From Ferruginibacter sp. (GTDB taxonomy: Bacteria > Bacteroidota > Bacteroidia > Chitinophagales > Chitinophagaceae), in assembly GCA_031424955.1 (NCBI GenBank), contig JANPIJ010000377.1, positions 20,306 through 84,305 of the forward strand: a stretch of 64,000 bases of DNA, read 5' to 3'. Shown here piece after piece: positions 12,501 to 22,500 of this stretch. The notes beneath the pieces are model-generated. The model made no database searches and had not been told where the DNA came from. It saw only the letters and a list, made by a program, of their open reading frames with translations. Each line of letters starts with the position of its first letter. The stretch's first letter is position 1. The position numbers and the translations under genes were made by a program.

Positions 12501-12729
12501 CCTGAGCCAAATAGCATACAGGCTCTTCGGAATCAAGGCGAAATTTTAATTTAAATGCATCAAATACTTCCGGAATTGACTGAATGGTTTCATTAAATTT
12601 TTCCTTATCCAGGTAACCCTTCAAACGAATATAGCCCCCAATATTATAATGGGGGCTTTGTGGATTGATTAATTGATCCGTATAAACGTCCAACTGAGCA
12701 GGATGTAAGGGTAAATATGTACTTTCCAT
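6529..12729 (-). CDS. NRPS initiation protein: starter C-A(Ser)-T-C-FkbH-like glyceryl transferase/phosphatase
   Basis: C motifs HHLLTDGYG and HHIISDGWS; A motifs YTSGSTGRPKG, FDVSVWE, VIHFVPSML, LCSGEAL, NLYGPTEAAIDV (code DVWHLSLIDK = Ser); T DNFFELGGHSL; FkbH HAD motif LDCDNTLWKG, FLDDSEFE, RTNQFN and LLSCRVLGR. Confidence 0.95.
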   Translation of the reverse strand: MESTYLPLHPAQLDVYTDQLINPQSPHYNIGGYIRLKGYLDKEKFNETIQSIPEVFDAFKLKFRLDSEEPVCYLAQDYNCHHLTELDLSGFDNPMEEAKRRLQKQFNIPFELKESSVLFENFLIKISEEEYWFYGKYHHLLTDGYGFVVLVKYIAQKYQSLVRKDGLLFSYPSYTEVAARAAEYFTSPDYVLDENYWKNKIAEKSSKVLAAKYPALDSTGNSSSRYVLEIDPAKRKLLDELQLVTKTGLQQLTIAALSIYLGKTTDSTEFIFGTAVHKRATKKLKTVVGMFSGILPFKSSYQKDQKLTDLLKEISTAQREDYRHQHYPIGNISRNLKSQPHEGYLQEITVNYEPLDFELNFGDGLSADVERLANDQLRDPLQISWRAYGDHQPLQLYVYYRNEYFNQQEIALFINRILFIIEQFPSNLDNTLACIDPLPANERGIIEHFNNTKASFPNDKSLVDLLEEQVLKSPDATAVVFDGDQLTYKELNDRANQLAYYLRSKGVKEETLVPICLERSAAMIIGILGILKAGGAYVPIDPEYPAERISYMLENIAAKIIVTTRESSLKIPAFGGMEMVVLDGEDCLAISRESTANLSIAIQPNQLAYMIYTSGSTGRPKGAMNEHRGVVNRLCWAKDYYQISPEDAVLQKTTFCFDVSVWELLLPLLAGSKLVFAKPEAHKDNEYLKDIIDRQKITVIHFVPSMLEVFLPALNPGDCPGLMKVLCSGEALKPSQVALFKEKLPGSELHNLYGPTEAAIDVTFWKMPETTGDISLVPIGRPVANTSVYILNKENEIAPLGCSGEIFIGGVQVGRGYLGLPELTAEKFVTDPISDEAGAKMYKTGDLGRWLTDGNIEYLGRIDEQVKIRGFRIELGEIENTLQEMDMVRQAVVLAREDKEGNKRLVGYIVPEGSFNKDAIQTFLRKKLPDYMVPALWVTLESIPLTSNGKVNRKALPDPDAGELVSNEYLAPANDIEFKLAAAWKDILKVDRVGVNDNFFELGGHSLNAIRLTSRIHKLLNVKIDISTIFSNPTIRQLGMAIALEKQQLFVEIKSLAPQELYDLSHAQKRFWVLSHFREGSQAYNVSSAFIVEGDFNVPAFKKAFDFVIDRHEILRTVFVKTTGEPKQKILAANASGFVMETIDLQQQTNPSVIIKQWLEEDAKRPFDLSKGPLLRTTIFQETANRFVLVFNIHHIISDGWSKGILIQELLQAYKAICMGTQPALPPLPIQYRDYAAWHAAAFEQQGQYWRDLFKNGVPVLNFPVDFERPKVLTFFGAMLHSHISESFTNDLRKKAIECNMSLNNLLFALYGLVAARLSGQEEVVIGSLSSGRSHLDLENLVGVFINFLPVKLAPAKSLSLSTYLEDSNQALVQAYNHQDYPFDRMVEECIPDRDVSRNPFFDTMVNFHLENDLAGRNGLGKEQLADIGIAIKPYQEIQDDLFQSVLDFKLDIEPDGNALDFYLSYNSKLFLPETMQSFMDQFVELLTSVVNEPGKTLQDYGGWAEETAKAENMIEDTVETIPEMPLHICSSFVMEPVQEFVEYWSNEFELNIKLSFAPYNQVFQQLINPQSGLNTATGINVLVIRVQDWIRDISGQSESEQLAFLYKTFEDFCKLLTNAGSNTAVPFFIGIVPVSESTDLSPLIITTITSLNNQLVNLVEAQPRFDLLDLEKIARLYAVEELFDAKSDELGHMPFSQEFYAALGTYLARKVNAFKGPGYKVIALDCDNTLWKGVCGELGAMEVTIDENFSRLQEFVLEKYKEGFLLVLCSKNNEADVWEVFDRHPGMKLKREHIAAHRINWQPKSGNLVSIASELNLGLASFIFLDDSEFEIEQMSVGCPDVFAIPLPDSSEDYGNFLDHIWAFDTFRITAEDAKRNQLYQLEKQRKDEQEKFGSLEDFLETLEIKVNINPLTANELERAVQLTLRTNQFNLNGVRKTPVEIAGLMQEENTINWVVDVKDRFGDYGIVGIVLAEKKEHSLFINSFLLSCRVLGRNVEDHILNELEKYAEGQGLQRITALFKATEKNKPFQDFLTRTNWLTDTLNNSYYRLLTKKTAPNKHEAQTV

Positions 12730-12779
12730 GCAGTTTCACTAAAAAAAATTTAAAAATAACCCTTCGATTACTACTCAGA

Positions 12780-14405
12780 TCAGCGATCCATATCAACGAA
12801 TTCATGCGTTTTATCATACAACAGTTCTTTTTCTCCAAATAGCCTTTCCGCTACCATTCCTCTTTCGGTACAGATTTTTACCAGCTTGTTGGATTGTACA
12901 ATCGGGTTGGAATCGTCTGTATATTTTATACTGCTGATAAATTCGCACCAGGGCTCCTGGCCCATGGCATATACGTATATTTCTGTGGGATTGAATATGT
13001 CTACCAGGGCGATGCCTTTATCGCAATCTGAACCTGCAAGGCGGCGGCTGCCATCCATGTCTCTCGCCAGTTTTTTGGTTAACAGCGGACCATATAACCA
13101 GGTAAGCGGGGCGCCATCGCATTCCATGCCCAGGAACATTACATCCACATCACCAATCTGGTCGTGGATATGTTTGTACAGCGCTGCTTCTACTATCCGG
13201 GAATCGGCCAGGAACAACAATTTAAAATCTCCAATCTTAACCAGGTAACACAGTTTGGTTAAGATGTTCAGGTCGGAGTGTTCGCCAATAAACGGCAAAC
13301 CGGTTAATACCACATCACTAAACTGCATGGTTTGCATCTCATCCAATGCGATTACATTGTTGAAACCTACATTTTCAAACATCAGTTTCAGATCCGGATC
13401 TTCCATTTTACCGCTGGTGGTACGGGGTACTACCAGGTTTTTGATCTTGTGCCTGAGGGGCAATAAGGTTTCAAACAGAATATGATCCTGGTGGTTGTGG
13501 GTGATTAAAACATAGTCGATTACATCAGGCAAATCCACGTCAGAAAAATGATCCACTGCTGAATGGTAACCATAATAACTGATCAGCGGGTCAACCAGTA
13601 TGCTGATATCTTTGGTTTCCACCAAAATACAGGCATGGCCGAAATAACGCATCCGGATTTTATCACCGGTGTATTTTTTATAAGGCGGTGGCGGTGTATC
13701 GGTAAAAAAGGTTTCAAAAAGCGCTTCCTGTGAAGGTGATATGCCCATGATTGCCTTAATATAGTCCATGGATTGCGGCTCCCTGCGCATTTTAGCAAGT
13801 TCATCAATACCCGGGTGATCAAAGCTGATGGCGAGTTCCAGCACATTTGCCTCCTTTAACCGGGGGGTACTCAGGCAAAAAGGCCGTTCATCATTATTGG
13901 TAATCCATAAACCAATGCTTTGGGAGGATTTGTTGTAAAAATCACTTTTGTATAACAGGGATTCAAAAAAACGAAAGCCGGGATTATTGAAACGATCATA
14001 AAACAGTTCCACATAGCCTTTCAGAATATCCGGCACCTTAGTGTAGAGGGTTTCAAGGCCAAATCCCTTGGCTTCCGCCTGCAGCATCTTATCCAACTCC
14101 TTCACTGCCTTTACAAACTGAACCATTTTTGCCTGCTTTACCAGCGACTCTTCGTGCAGGGCAGTTACTTCATCTATCCGGGCGCCGCCAAAATCCATAA
14201 AAGGGCCACCACGCATTTTGGGGTTTAATACCGCCTCCGCATGAATGGAGGGTGCGGCCAGGTAAGATTCGGTAATCATGTGATGCCGCCCTACAATGTT
14301 CATTGCCGCGGTGGCAGGTGAAATTAAATGGCTCCAGGCATACCATTTGTCAACCAATGGTTCCATTACTACATTGGGTTTGAGGTACATTAGTTTGGTG
14401 TTCAT
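12780..14405 (-). CDS. CmlA-family MBL-fold diiron beta-hydroxylase acting on carrier-bound amino acids
   Basis: 541 aa; GHAC, THNHQDH, GEHSDL and YAMGQEPW motifs; long N-terminal extension; located inside the NRPS operon. Confidence 0.85.
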   Translation of the reverse strand: MNTKLMYLKPNVVMEPLVDKWYAWSHLISPATAAMNIVGRHHMITESYLAAPSIHAEAVLNPKMRGGPFMDFGGARIDEVTALHEESLVKQAKMVQFVKAVKELDKMLQAEAKGFGLETLYTKVPDILKGYVELFYDRFNNPGFRFFESLLYKSDFYNKSSQSIGLWITNNDERPFCLSTPRLKEANVLELAISFDHPGIDELAKMRREPQSMDYIKAIMGISPSQEALFETFFTDTPPPPYKKYTGDKIRMRYFGHACILVETKDISILVDPLISYYGYHSAVDHFSDVDLPDVIDYVLITHNHQDHILFETLLPLRHKIKNLVVPRTTSGKMEDPDLKLMFENVGFNNVIALDEMQTMQFSDVVLTGLPFIGEHSDLNILTKLCYLVKIGDFKLLFLADSRIVEAALYKHIHDQIGDVDVMFLGMECDGAPLTWLYGPLLTKKLARDMDGSRRLAGSDCDKGIALVDIFNPTEIYVYAMGQEPWCEFISSIKYTDDSNPIVQSNKLVKICTERGMVAERLFGEKELLYDKTHEFVDMDR

Positions 14406-14407
14406 TG

Positions 14408-15127
14408 CTAAATGAGTGTTTTATTAAAATATAATTTTTTGGATATTATTTCCATTATTTTAAATGCATGTTGAAAAATAAAAAAATGCTTTCCGGGCAT
14501 TCGTTTAAAATCTACCGTGCAGGTGGTTTCTTTTTGCCACAACCGTATATCTTCCATTTCCATATCTTCTTCAGTACCTGTAATTACTGTTACCGGGATA
14601 TTAAATGGAATTTTTTCAACATATTTAAAATCTTCACTTAATTTGAAATCAGAACGAAGAATTGGCTCAAAATAGTATAACAATTCATCGTTATTTAATA
14701 TTTCCTCGGGAATTCAATCTAATTCCCTTATATCTTCAATAAATTCCTTTTTTTCAAGCAAATGCCTTTTTTTTTCAGTACGCGACAAAGCGGATGGACC
14801 TGTAGTACCGGTGATAAAAAGATGCAAAGGCGCTTTATGATCATTTTCTACCAACTTCCTCGTTAAAAGATAGGCCACCAAACCGCCCAGGCTGTGCCCG
14901 TATATTGCATAACTCCCTTCATCCGCCAGGGGCAAAATCTGCCGATATAAATCATTTACCAGGTGATCTATATCCAAAGGAAAAGCCTCTTTAATCCTGG
15001 CTCCCCTTCCCGGGTATTCAATCGTTGTGATATTTAAAAAAGAGGGTGCTTTTTCAGCAAATTCACGGTATGAATATTTATTACCTCCTGCAAATGGTAA
15101 ACAGAAAAGACGAATACTTTTTTTCAT
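14408..15127 (-). pseudogene. Type II thioesterase interrupted by a single in-frame TGA at 14714-14716
   Basis: LFCLPFAGG, YPGRG and GHSLG in the 5' half; GKHFF in the 3' half; both halves read in one frame ...IRELD*IPEEILNNDELLYYFEPILRSDF... Confidence 0.85.
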
Positions 15128-15594
15128 TAAAAAACAAATTTTTTTACGCTGATTTTTATTGTAGGATAGGATTCCAAGTCATTTGAAATTTTGATCCCTG
15201 CATTTTTACCAGCGCTCCGGGATAGACATAGTGGATAAACGGTTTACTACATCGACTGTAGCTGGGAATTACTCTGCAAAATAATTAAAAAAAGTCAGAT
15301 TCAATGACTCTACCCTTTTAATACAAACACAACGCATTATATTCTAATATGTTTTAAATCCAGTCAATCAAAACCAGCTTTTTACCAAATTTTCAGTTTG
15401 AACAAATGGCGAAAGTTCGCAATAAAGTGTTGACCATACTTTTTTGGGAATGACTTAATTCGCAGCCGCTACAATTTTATAGCGAAGCTTTTACTGATAT
15501 TACCTGGAAAGAAATAAAGATGGATAGTACCCAGGACTATTTTCAAAAAATGGTAACAGCTAACAGGCAGAAAGCGTTGAAAGGATGGTTTTGT

Positions 15595-16230
15595 TTATAA
15601 ATAAATTTCCTGAACCTGTACATCGGGTGACAATGTATCGGTGCAGAGGTAGGCAAGATGTTGTGAATCAAGTAATATTTCACTTAAAAACAATTCTTTA
15701 TCTTCCCATACCAGCTTATTATTCAGTATCGCCACTTCATTTAACGGTTGGTTAAGACCACAACCAATTAATTTTAAAAAAGCTTCCTTTTTTGTCCACA
15801 AAGTATAGAAAGCCCTGAATTTATTTTCAGCATTTAAAACCTCCTCCCATTCCCTGTCATCAAACAGGTTTGTAAAATCATCCATTGGGATTTCATTTAT
15901 TTCTTCTACATCCACACCTATTTGATTGGTTTCACTGATTGCACAAAGGATATAGTTTCCGGAATGTGAGATATTGAAATGGATGGATTCATCGAAATAT
16001 GGCTTTTGAAACCGGGTGTATTTCAGATCCTGTAAGGTATATTCATTTCTGCCTATTTGCCTTAACCCTCTCATTAGCATGATGTTTCCGGCCAGGCTGC
16101 GCTCTGCATCCTGCCAGTTCCTGAATTTCAAAACTTTATCCCGGAGATGTACCGGAATGGATTGTAACAACTGATCAAAAGATGCTTTTGCCAGCCTGTT
16201 TTTCTGTTTATAAAAATACAAGTATATCAT
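15595..16230 (-). CDS. Sfp-type 4'-phosphopantetheinyl transferase
   Basis: KP, FNISHSG, IGVDVE and FYTLWTKKEAFLK motifs; adjacent to the NRPS genes. Confidence 0.93.
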   Translation of the reverse strand: MIYLYFYKQKNRLAKASFDQLLQSIPVHLRDKVLKFRNWQDAERSLAGNIMLMRGLRQIGRNEYTLQDLKYTRFQKPYFDESIHFNISHSGNYILCAISETNQIGVDVEEINEIPMDDFTNLFDDREWEEVLNAENKFRAFYTLWTKKEAFLKLIGCGLNQPLNEVAILNNKLVWEDKELFLSEILLDSQHLAYLCTDTLSPDVQVQEIYL

Positions 16231-16397
16231 ACCACATTTTACAGCGTTTGCCGCTATTGCAATTTAGCAATTAACTATTTTCAATAGTGAATGATTATAA
16301 AAAACGCCTGGTTAATTTTCGGACTGATACCAGCCTGGCGAACCAATATCTCTACAGTGCTACAGGAAGAATTTCAATTTATGAATGCTGCATCTCT

Positions 16398-18683
16398 CTA
16401 AAATACATAGTGCCTCCTTACCTGCAGCGTATTGCTATTACTATTTTGCGCAGGAATAATATCTTCCGGATAAGTTGTGTTAACCCCAGGTATGGATGGT
16501 AAGCCTATTGACCGGTCACTGACAATGAGGTTTAATTTTTTATCAATCCCTATTTCAAAAACCACTTCTACCCCGTTCAGCGGCACTCCTGTAAATGTCA
16601 TAGCCCGAAAAAAGGAAGCATCCCCGTTTTGCGCTGTCTCCACCTGCTGTTGATTGATGCTGTCAATCTTCACTTTATTACTATCAGCAATTGAAATATT
16701 CAAAAAAGAAGCATTTTCCCTGGAACTATTAAAATGCAACGTTAATTTTCTAATCCCGTTTTCCAGGGTATCTTTTATTATAGAAACTGACGGAGGTAAT
16801 AATGATACAACAGGCGCATCTCCCATTAACATGCCCCTGTGCCTGCTTACTCCGGAATGATTGATGCCCTCTTTAAAAAAGCCCGCCGACCATTTATCAG
16901 TCGCTGCAAAATCAGAAACCCATTTTGCTTTGGAAGAATCAGCATCCAATACATACCTGATTGAAGATGGCAGCGGATGCTTTTGGGAATACCCTGAAGT
17001 AACATGCCCTCCCGCCATGGCTCCTACAAAACAACCAAAAGCAATAATCGGAATTAAATAGCCGTTGGTTTTTAAACAAGGGTAGAACACGGGAAATAGA
17101 AGTCCGGCGCAAATACCTACTCCCACCACCACAAAAGGCATGGTACTGCCCAGGGCAAAAGCGATAAAAGTAAAATACAGAATAGGTGCTACAAGGCAGA
17201 TAGCCGGTAAAACACTTGCGAGGTTTAAAAAATTTATTTGCACAACCGACTTCTCCGCATCGGATTTTCTGCTCAAAATGAACAAGCGAAAAGCGATTAT
17301 AAACAGTAATGGAATAAACAGCAAATAACTTGCAGACGGGATGGCATATTGCATCCCATTCATGAGCATTACCAAAATTAACAAGATGCCCGACAGCAAA
17401 GAATCAGCCCTCATTTTTTTTGCAGCTAAATAATAGGAGAATGAAAAAACAAGGACGGCCATCGCACTCATGGCTAAAAAATACCAGGCACAGTTATATG
17501 AATTATTTTCATCGAAATGAGTATACATTGGATAGCGTGAAAGTGTAAACTTTAACAGGTACTTCGACGCAAAGTAAATAATAGCGAGTACAAGGGGAAA
17601 TAACAAAGTGCCGGTTATAAAACCACCTATCCTGATTGATTTACTTTTAAATACCCAAACCAGGAGAACAATAAAAAGCAGGTTTACCAATACCACGAAA
17701 ACCAAATTCCAGGATGACTTGTAATGTACAAACCAATTACCAATCACATTAAAATAACTAACATCAGCCGCCTTTGTTTCGATAATATTTAAATTTCCAA
17801 AGTGCTTTACAAGGCTCACTATATTATCGCCATTCTGTTGCAGGCTCCGTAAATCTAAATTTTCCGGTTTATCATTCGGGCTGTGATAATTTACAAAACC
17901 ATCTATATAAGCATTGTTCAACCCTGCAATGCCGGCATTTTTAAACAGGGTAAAATCAGTGTAATTAGGCAACTTTTTATAGATTTCATACCCAAGCGAA
18001 TTGGCAAAAGGATGAACAACGGATTTTGCATATTCTTCCATTACCCAGCCGTTTTTGTCATTCACTTCAAACATGCTGGCCGGCCCTGCATTGCCCCTTC
18101 CTTCAAAATTTATTACCAGTCCAACCCCCTTCGCCAGCGGGCTTTCCTTCAAAAAAGCATTTGCTCCTGCAAGGCCAATTTCCTCTCCGTCTGTAAATAA
18201 CAGGATGAGATCATTCTGAAGCGGACCGGTATTTTGCAAAGCCCTTGTTGCTTCCAGCATAGCCGCTACCCCGGCACCATCATCGCCAGCGCCCGGAGTA
18301 TTTAATTGCGAATCATAGTGGGCCATTAACATTACTGCTTTACTATTCTGCAGCCCTTTTTTTACTGCAATAACATTATATATATTGCCGGCACGAATAA
18401 CACCTTTTCTGCTAATCACCGAAGTTGCATTTTGTATTTCCACATTAAAACCTAACTGCCTGCAGGTGGCAGCTATATATTCCCGTACCCTTACATTTTC
18501 AGGAGTGCCGGTGCTATGTGGCGTGCCGGCTATTTGCAACAGGTGGCCATAAGCACGTTTAACAGAGAAGGCAGAATCGGGAATAACGCCGGTTTTAACG
18601 GCAGGTGGCGATGTGGCACGAATAGAAAAAAAGACAAATAAAACAGCTAATAAAAAGATCAACAGGCTAGAAAATCTGCGCAT
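16398..18683 (-). CDS. M28-family metallopeptidase with C-terminal multi-pass membrane region
   Basis: AHYDS, GAGDDGAGVA, DGEE, NFEGRG, TDF and YHSPND motifs, followed by several hydrophobic helices. Confidence 0.88.
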   Translation of the reverse strand: MRRFSSLLIFLLAVLFVFFSIRATSPPAVKTGVIPDSAFSVKRAYGHLLQIAGTPHSTGTPENVRVREYIAATCRQLGFNVEIQNATSVISRKGVIRAGNIYNVIAVKKGLQNSKAVMLMAHYDSQLNTPGAGDDGAGVAAMLEATRALQNTGPLQNDLILLFTDGEEIGLAGANAFLKESPLAKGVGLVINFEGRGNAGPASMFEVNDKNGWVMEEYAKSVVHPFANSLGYEIYKKLPNYTDFTLFKNAGIAGLNNAYIDGFVNYHSPNDKPENLDLRSLQQNGDNIVSLVKHFGNLNIIETKAADVSYFNVIGNWFVHYKSSWNLVFVVLVNLLFIVLLVWVFKSKSIRIGGFITGTLLFPLVLAIIYFASKYLLKFTLSRYPMYTHFDENNSYNCAWYFLAMSAMAVLVFSFSYYLAAKKMRADSLLSGILLILVMLMNGMQYAIPSASYLLFIPLLFIIAFRLFILSRKSDAEKSVVQINFLNLASVLPAICLVAPILYFTFIAFALGSTMPFVVVGVGICAGLLFPVFYPCLKTNGYLIPIIAFGCFVGAMAGGHVTSGYSQKHPLPSSIRYVLDADSSKAKWVSDFAATDKWSAGFFKEGINHSGVSRHRGMLMGDAPVVSLLPPSVSIIKDTLENGIRKLTLHFNSSRENASFLNISIADSNKVKIDSINQQQVETAQNGDASFFRAMTFTGVPLNGVEVVFEIGIDKKLNLIVSDRSIGLPSIPGVNTTYPEDIIPAQNSNSNTLQVRRHYVF

Positions 18684-18812
18684 GGCCGGGTGGGTTTTTA
18701 AGCGTCAAGATAATACTATAAACCTACATACTATTTTAAAAACCCTATTTAAAATAAGCGCAGGGATATACCCGTCAAAAATTCTTTCCATTTTATCAAT
18801 AGGTGTGAACAT

Positions 18813-18836
18813 AAAAAAACCGGGGGTGATCCCCGG
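18813..18836 (-). terminator. Intrinsic terminator
   Basis: CCGGGG-GTGAT-CCCCGG stem with an A7 run (U-tract on the minus strand), just downstream of the 18866 stop. Confidence 0.7.
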
Positions 18837-18865
18837 CAGAAATTTTATTGTATCAGAAAAAGCAT

Positions 18866-19372
18866 CTATTCATTTACGAAGTCTGCATAAACACGGGAAA
18901 AGGATATAACCGGTTCCTTTCTGCCAACCATATCAAAATTTATATCAATTGATTGTACCAGTTTATCTTCCAGCAAATTCGCAAAGGTTTCAAAATAATC
19001 AATCGCATCTTCTCTTTTATTGCGTTTTAGCCAGCGAAAACCACCAGGCAAATTCTTCAGCACTTCTTTGTCCGAAAGATATTCAATATGATGAATATCG
19101 GTTGGAGTAAGCCCGATTTCTTCAAGCCTTGTGATGACTAAAGTAAGCGGTGCATTTGTAACAGGGCAGAATTCCTCCACCATCTCCGTCCACTCGCCGA
19201 TACCGGTATGGGAGTAACGCAATATTTCACCTTCGCTTAATTTAGTTACCACCTGTACCAGGTTACCGCAATTGCATGCACCATGATGCCCCCAGGCGTA
19301 ATGAGCACCGTTTTTCAAACGACGGGCAGTTTCACGTAACGCAACTATTAATTCTATTGTTGGATTAGCCAT
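18866..19372 (-). CDS. Hypothetical protein with WGHHGACNCG motif
   Basis: 168-aa ORF with ATG start, natural composition and its own terminator; family not recognised. Confidence 0.75.
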   Translation of the reverse strand: MANPTIELIVALRETARRLKNGAHYAWGHHGACNCGNLVQVVTKLSEGEILRYSHTGIGEWTEMVEEFCPVTNAPLTLVITRLEEIGLTPTDIHHIEYLSDKEVLKNLPGGFRWLKRNKREDAIDYFETFANLLEDKLVQSIDINFDMVGRKEPVISFSRVYADFVNE

Positions 19373-19503
19373 TTTGCAAAATTTATTATTAAAACGGTTG
19401 GAAACAATTTTTGTTTACTATGGAAGAAATAAATCCCAATAACCCGAAAATTAAAAGACTGCTAAAACCTCCGGATTCAGCCACCCGTTGCCCGGCTTAT
19501 CAG

Positions 19504-22500
19504 TTATTTCAATTGTTTCAATATCTCCTCAATGGCCCTGTCGAGCTGGGGATCTTTTCCATTTAGTTTGTCTTCAAAAGTATTGATCACCTTTATGTCG
19601 GGCTGCACACCGGTAAACTCCAGGTTTTTGCCATCGAGGGTATAGCAGCCCCAGGCCGGCAACCGTAACAAAGAATTATCAACCAGCGTGGTACCACTTG
19701 TAAAAATGATATAACGATAGGTTTCATTGCCAATAATTTTGCCCAGTTTCAACGCCTTGAAACCGTTGGCAGTCATCTCCGCATCACTGAGCGATTGCTC
19801 GTTAATGAGTAGCACAATGGGCTTGTCGCCGGGTGAAAAATTGGGCTGAGGTGATAGTTTTCCTTCCCTGTATTTCCACTGCAGGTAGCTGCGCTGGGAT
19901 AAAAAATTGAGTACGGGGTCGTGAACATTTCCACCCGTATTATACCGCAGGTCAAATATCAGCGCTTCTTTGTTACCCAGTTCCTGCGTCATATCGATGA
20001 TGAACTGTTCGAGTTCCCCCTGTCCCATATTCTTCATGTAGCCGTAAGCGATTCTTCCATTGCTCTTTTCGTTTACCAGTTGCTGGTTGTCATCAATCCA
20101 TTCATCATAAAGGTTGCCGCTGAGACTTTGCTGCGGGTGCAGCTTCACATCATACTGGTTGCCGCTGCGGCTGAAAGTCATTTTTAATTCTTTATCCATG
20201 GAAGGCCTGGTAAAATAATAACTCCGGTCGATGCCTCCCTGTACCTGTTCATTATTTACTTTTACCAGCAGGTCGCCGGGCCTTATATCAATGCCTTTTT
20301 TTTCTGCTGCAGAACGCTTCACAATTTTTTGCACGGTATAGGGCTCCTGCTCTTTAAAAACAATACCCGTTTCCATGGTGAGGTTACTCAACGCAACCGT
20401 TTCATCACCACCGGTTGTGTTAAAACCCTGGTGCGATGAATTCAATTCACCCAGCATATCGTTGAGCATTACCCGCAAGTCTGCCCGGTTATTCAGGTAA
20501 GGCAAAAACTGCTTATAATAAGCTTTGGTTTTCCCCCAGTCAAGCCCGTGAAATTTTTCATCGTAAAAATTTTCCTCCACCTGCGCCCAGGCTTCATCAA
20601 ACATCTGGTCAAATTCCGCAGAAAGGTTTCTCCGAAAAGTATAGCTGATTGCTATGGGATCCGTTTTATTTGCTTCCAGGTTTAGCTTCGCAATATTGCC
20701 CCCGGATAAAATAAACAGTTTATCATTAACTTCCACTATCTCTAATCCCCCGGGGACTTCTGTGCCTGCAATTTTTTCTGTTTTATTTGATTCGAAAGGT
20801 TCAATAACAGTTTTCCATAATGCGCTGCGTCCTTCACCATGATTACTGGAAAACAACACATTGCTTTTTTCGCCTTTTTGATAAACAGCAATCAGTTCCT
20901 GCGCACCAAAAGCAGGGCCAACCAGCTCCAGTCTTTCCATTATTCTGTCTGTATCAATTGCAATAGGTGCTGCTATTATCTTAGCAGAATCCTTCTTTTT
21001 GGTAGTGTCTTTTTTCTCTTCCTTAAACAGATCGTTGTATTTATCCATCCTGAATGGTTCATCCAGTTTTTCGAGCGGCAACCGGTAGAGCTTTGCATCA
21101 TCCATGCCAAAAGGGTAAGCAGCTTTCAGCCGTTGCGAGTTGAGGTAAATATATTTCCCATCCGGCGACCATAAAGGATTGGCTTCTGTAATACCGGTTT
21201 TTGTAAGGTTAGTCGTTTTGTTTTCTTTGATATTGTGTACAAAAATATCCTGCTCAAAATTTCTAAATGCAGTAAACACGACATAATCACCATCAGGTGA
21301 AAAGCCAGGATTGCCGCCTCGGAAAGCCCATATCTCTTCTTTTGCAATGACTTTACTGTCCCATGTTTTTGTATCCAGCAATCTTACTTCACCCCTGCCG
21401 CTCAGGTACACTGCTTTGGTTCTTTTTTTGTTGAGCACCAATGAGCGGTTACTGCTTTTATCCGTAGTAATTTGTTTCATTGCCGTGCTGCCATCGGCCG
21501 TAATCGTATAGAAATTTGTGTACCCGTTTAAGGTTTGGTTAAACAACATGGTTTTATTATCGCTCAGCCATTTTACTTCTTTTACCCTTTCGGCTGATCC
21601 CCTGTTGATGAGCTGGGTAAATTTCCCTTCCACATCACTCACAAATAATTCACCCCTTGAAACAAAAGCTATTTTCTTTGCATCCGGCGATATATCAAAT
21701 GCTGAAATATTTCCTTTTACTTCATAGTCTTTTTCTTTGGTGAGGATGCTGTTGCGGAATATTTTAACCGGCAGTTTACCCGATTTTTTAGTAGCCACAT
21801 CATAGATCCAAAGCTGGTAATCTTTTTCAAAAACCACTTTGTCTCCATTGGCATTTACCATGGGTGTTTTTATAGATGAACTGAATGTGGTAAGTGCTGT
21901 CTTTTTTTCGTTCACAATGCTGTACAAATTGTATTCACTATTGGCTTCATCAGAAATAAAATAAATATTCCCTTTTTTATCAATGGTAGCGCCAAAATCT
22001 TTTCCCTCCCAGTCAGTATAGCGTCTATATTTTTTGCCGGCAGGATTATAGGATTGAATATCCGGGTTGAACGCCCCCTTGTATCGTTTGCGTTGTACCT
22101 GGTTGTAGCTTTCCCAGGTATCATTGAAAAAAATTTCACCGGTTAGCGGATGCACTACCAGGTTATGATCGTATTGAAAAAAATTACTTCCAAAAACCCT
22201 TTGCGGCGTGCCTCCGGCGGCACTAACTTTAAGGCCGGCAAATCTTCCGTAACGGCTACTGGTAAAATAAATAAAACGGCTATCCCAGCTCCAGCTACTC
22301 ACTTCATCAGCTGCAGAGTGCCAGGTAATTTGTTTTATTTCGCCACCGTTTACCGGCATTACAAATACATCGGCATTGCCAAACTGCCTGCCGGTAAAAG
22401 CAATCCAGTTTCCATCAGGCGATACCCTGGCATTGGTTTCATAACCTTGCATGGCAGTTAACCTCACCGCCTGTCCATCGTTTATACCGGTTTTCCATAA

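Noticed and set aside
14714-14716. TGA recoding (Gly, Trp or Sec)
   Set aside because: TGA terminates several clear genes in the window, and the position is a structural Gly rather than a catalytic Cys.
15128-15594. Riboswitch or antitermination leader upstream of the NRPS operon
   Set aside because: Only small hairpins (e.g. CTACA-TCGAC-TGTAG) are visible; no RNA family recognisable by eye. An Rfam scan would be needed.
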